Below, piece after piece: positions 63,751-64,000 of a stretch of 64,000 bases of DNA. The stretch lies in the NCBI GenBank assembly GCA_010909165.1, contig VJWM01000063.1, positions 868,001 through 932,000 on the forward strand. The letters are read 5' to 3'. This stretch comes from Anthoceros angustus (Eukaryota; Plantae; Anthocerotophyta). The notes beneath the pieces were generated by a model. That model saw nothing but the letters and a program-made list of their open reading frames with translations. It had not been told where the DNA came from and searched no databases. The position numbers were made by a program, and so were the translations under genes. The first letter of the stretch is position 1. Each line of letters opens with the position of its first letter.

Positions 63751-63935
63751 ACACACAACTCACGCCATGATGAGATTGGTACGCCATACCGAGGTGCTTC
63801 ACAACATCGGAACGGGTTTACAATTGACCCAATAACCATACACACACAACTCACGCCATGATGAGATTGGTACGCCATACCGAGGTGCTTCACAACATCG
63901 GAAGCAACATAATTGACCCAATAACCATACACACA
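63751..63935. repeat. 91-bp local tandem duplication in unit 4
   Basis: acacacaactcacgccatgatgagattggtacgccataccgaggtgcttcacaacatcggaa occurs at 63751 and 63842, with the junction in a CACACA run. Single copy in units 1-3. Confidence 0.85.
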
Positions 63936-64000
63936 TCGAACTAGAGGCCTCCTATGTCATGCGCTGGGAGGCCACACATTGTGGTCCCATGGGCCATAAG

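Larger units (their letters stand above)
39498..64000 (+). repeat. Head-to-tail tandem array of a ~5.4-kb unit (unit starts ~39498, ~44905, ~50304, ~63154); unit 3 is interrupted by an LTR; runs off the window
   Basis: The anchor tgttgtgatgaacctacacc occurs at 39511, 44915, 50316 and 63166. Spacings are 5404, 5401 and 12850 (= ~5400 + ~7450 insert). AT-rich parts are near-identical between copies. Confidence 0.97.

Noticed and set aside
39498-64000. rDNA, 5S or snRNA gene array as the identity of the 5.4-kb tandem repeat
   Set aside because: I found no recognisable 18S/5.8S/25S/5S rRNA, tRNA or spliceosomal snRNA sequence in the unit.

Overview
Plant-type heterochromatin made almost entirely of repeats. 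I found no intact host gene, RNA gene or CRISPR array. (1) 558-36607 is a solo LTR (+ strand, TG...CA) with a perfect GGTGG target-site duplication. (2) Nested inside it is a 30.7-kb Ty3/Gypsy structure (4114-34859, - strand). It is Athila-like: tRNA-Asp-type PBS, GPY/F integrase tail, and no chromodomain or archaeal RNase H seen. It has two very similar ~5-kb LTRs but TWO different gag-pol internal regions, joined head-to-tail at 19011 with no central LTR. (3) The ~5-kb LTRs carry a long sense reading frame whose divergence between LTR subfamilies is mostly synonymous. (4) 39498-64000 is a head-to-tail array of a ~5.4-kb unit (at least 3 full copies plus the start of a 4th). The unit carries a ~600-codon low-complexity ORF remnant with ITFG and PAM2-like motifs. 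An inverted partial copy of the unit (1-557 + 36608-37612) is the target of the solo LTR. (5) A 7.4-kb, internally duplicated LTR of the same family interrupts array unit 3. (6) A small Ty1/Copia RNase H remnant lies at 38.3 kb. Small indels are pervasive and look partly like sequencing or consensus error, so coding intactness cannot be judged from this sequence. Domain boundaries are approximate and all alignments were made by eye.
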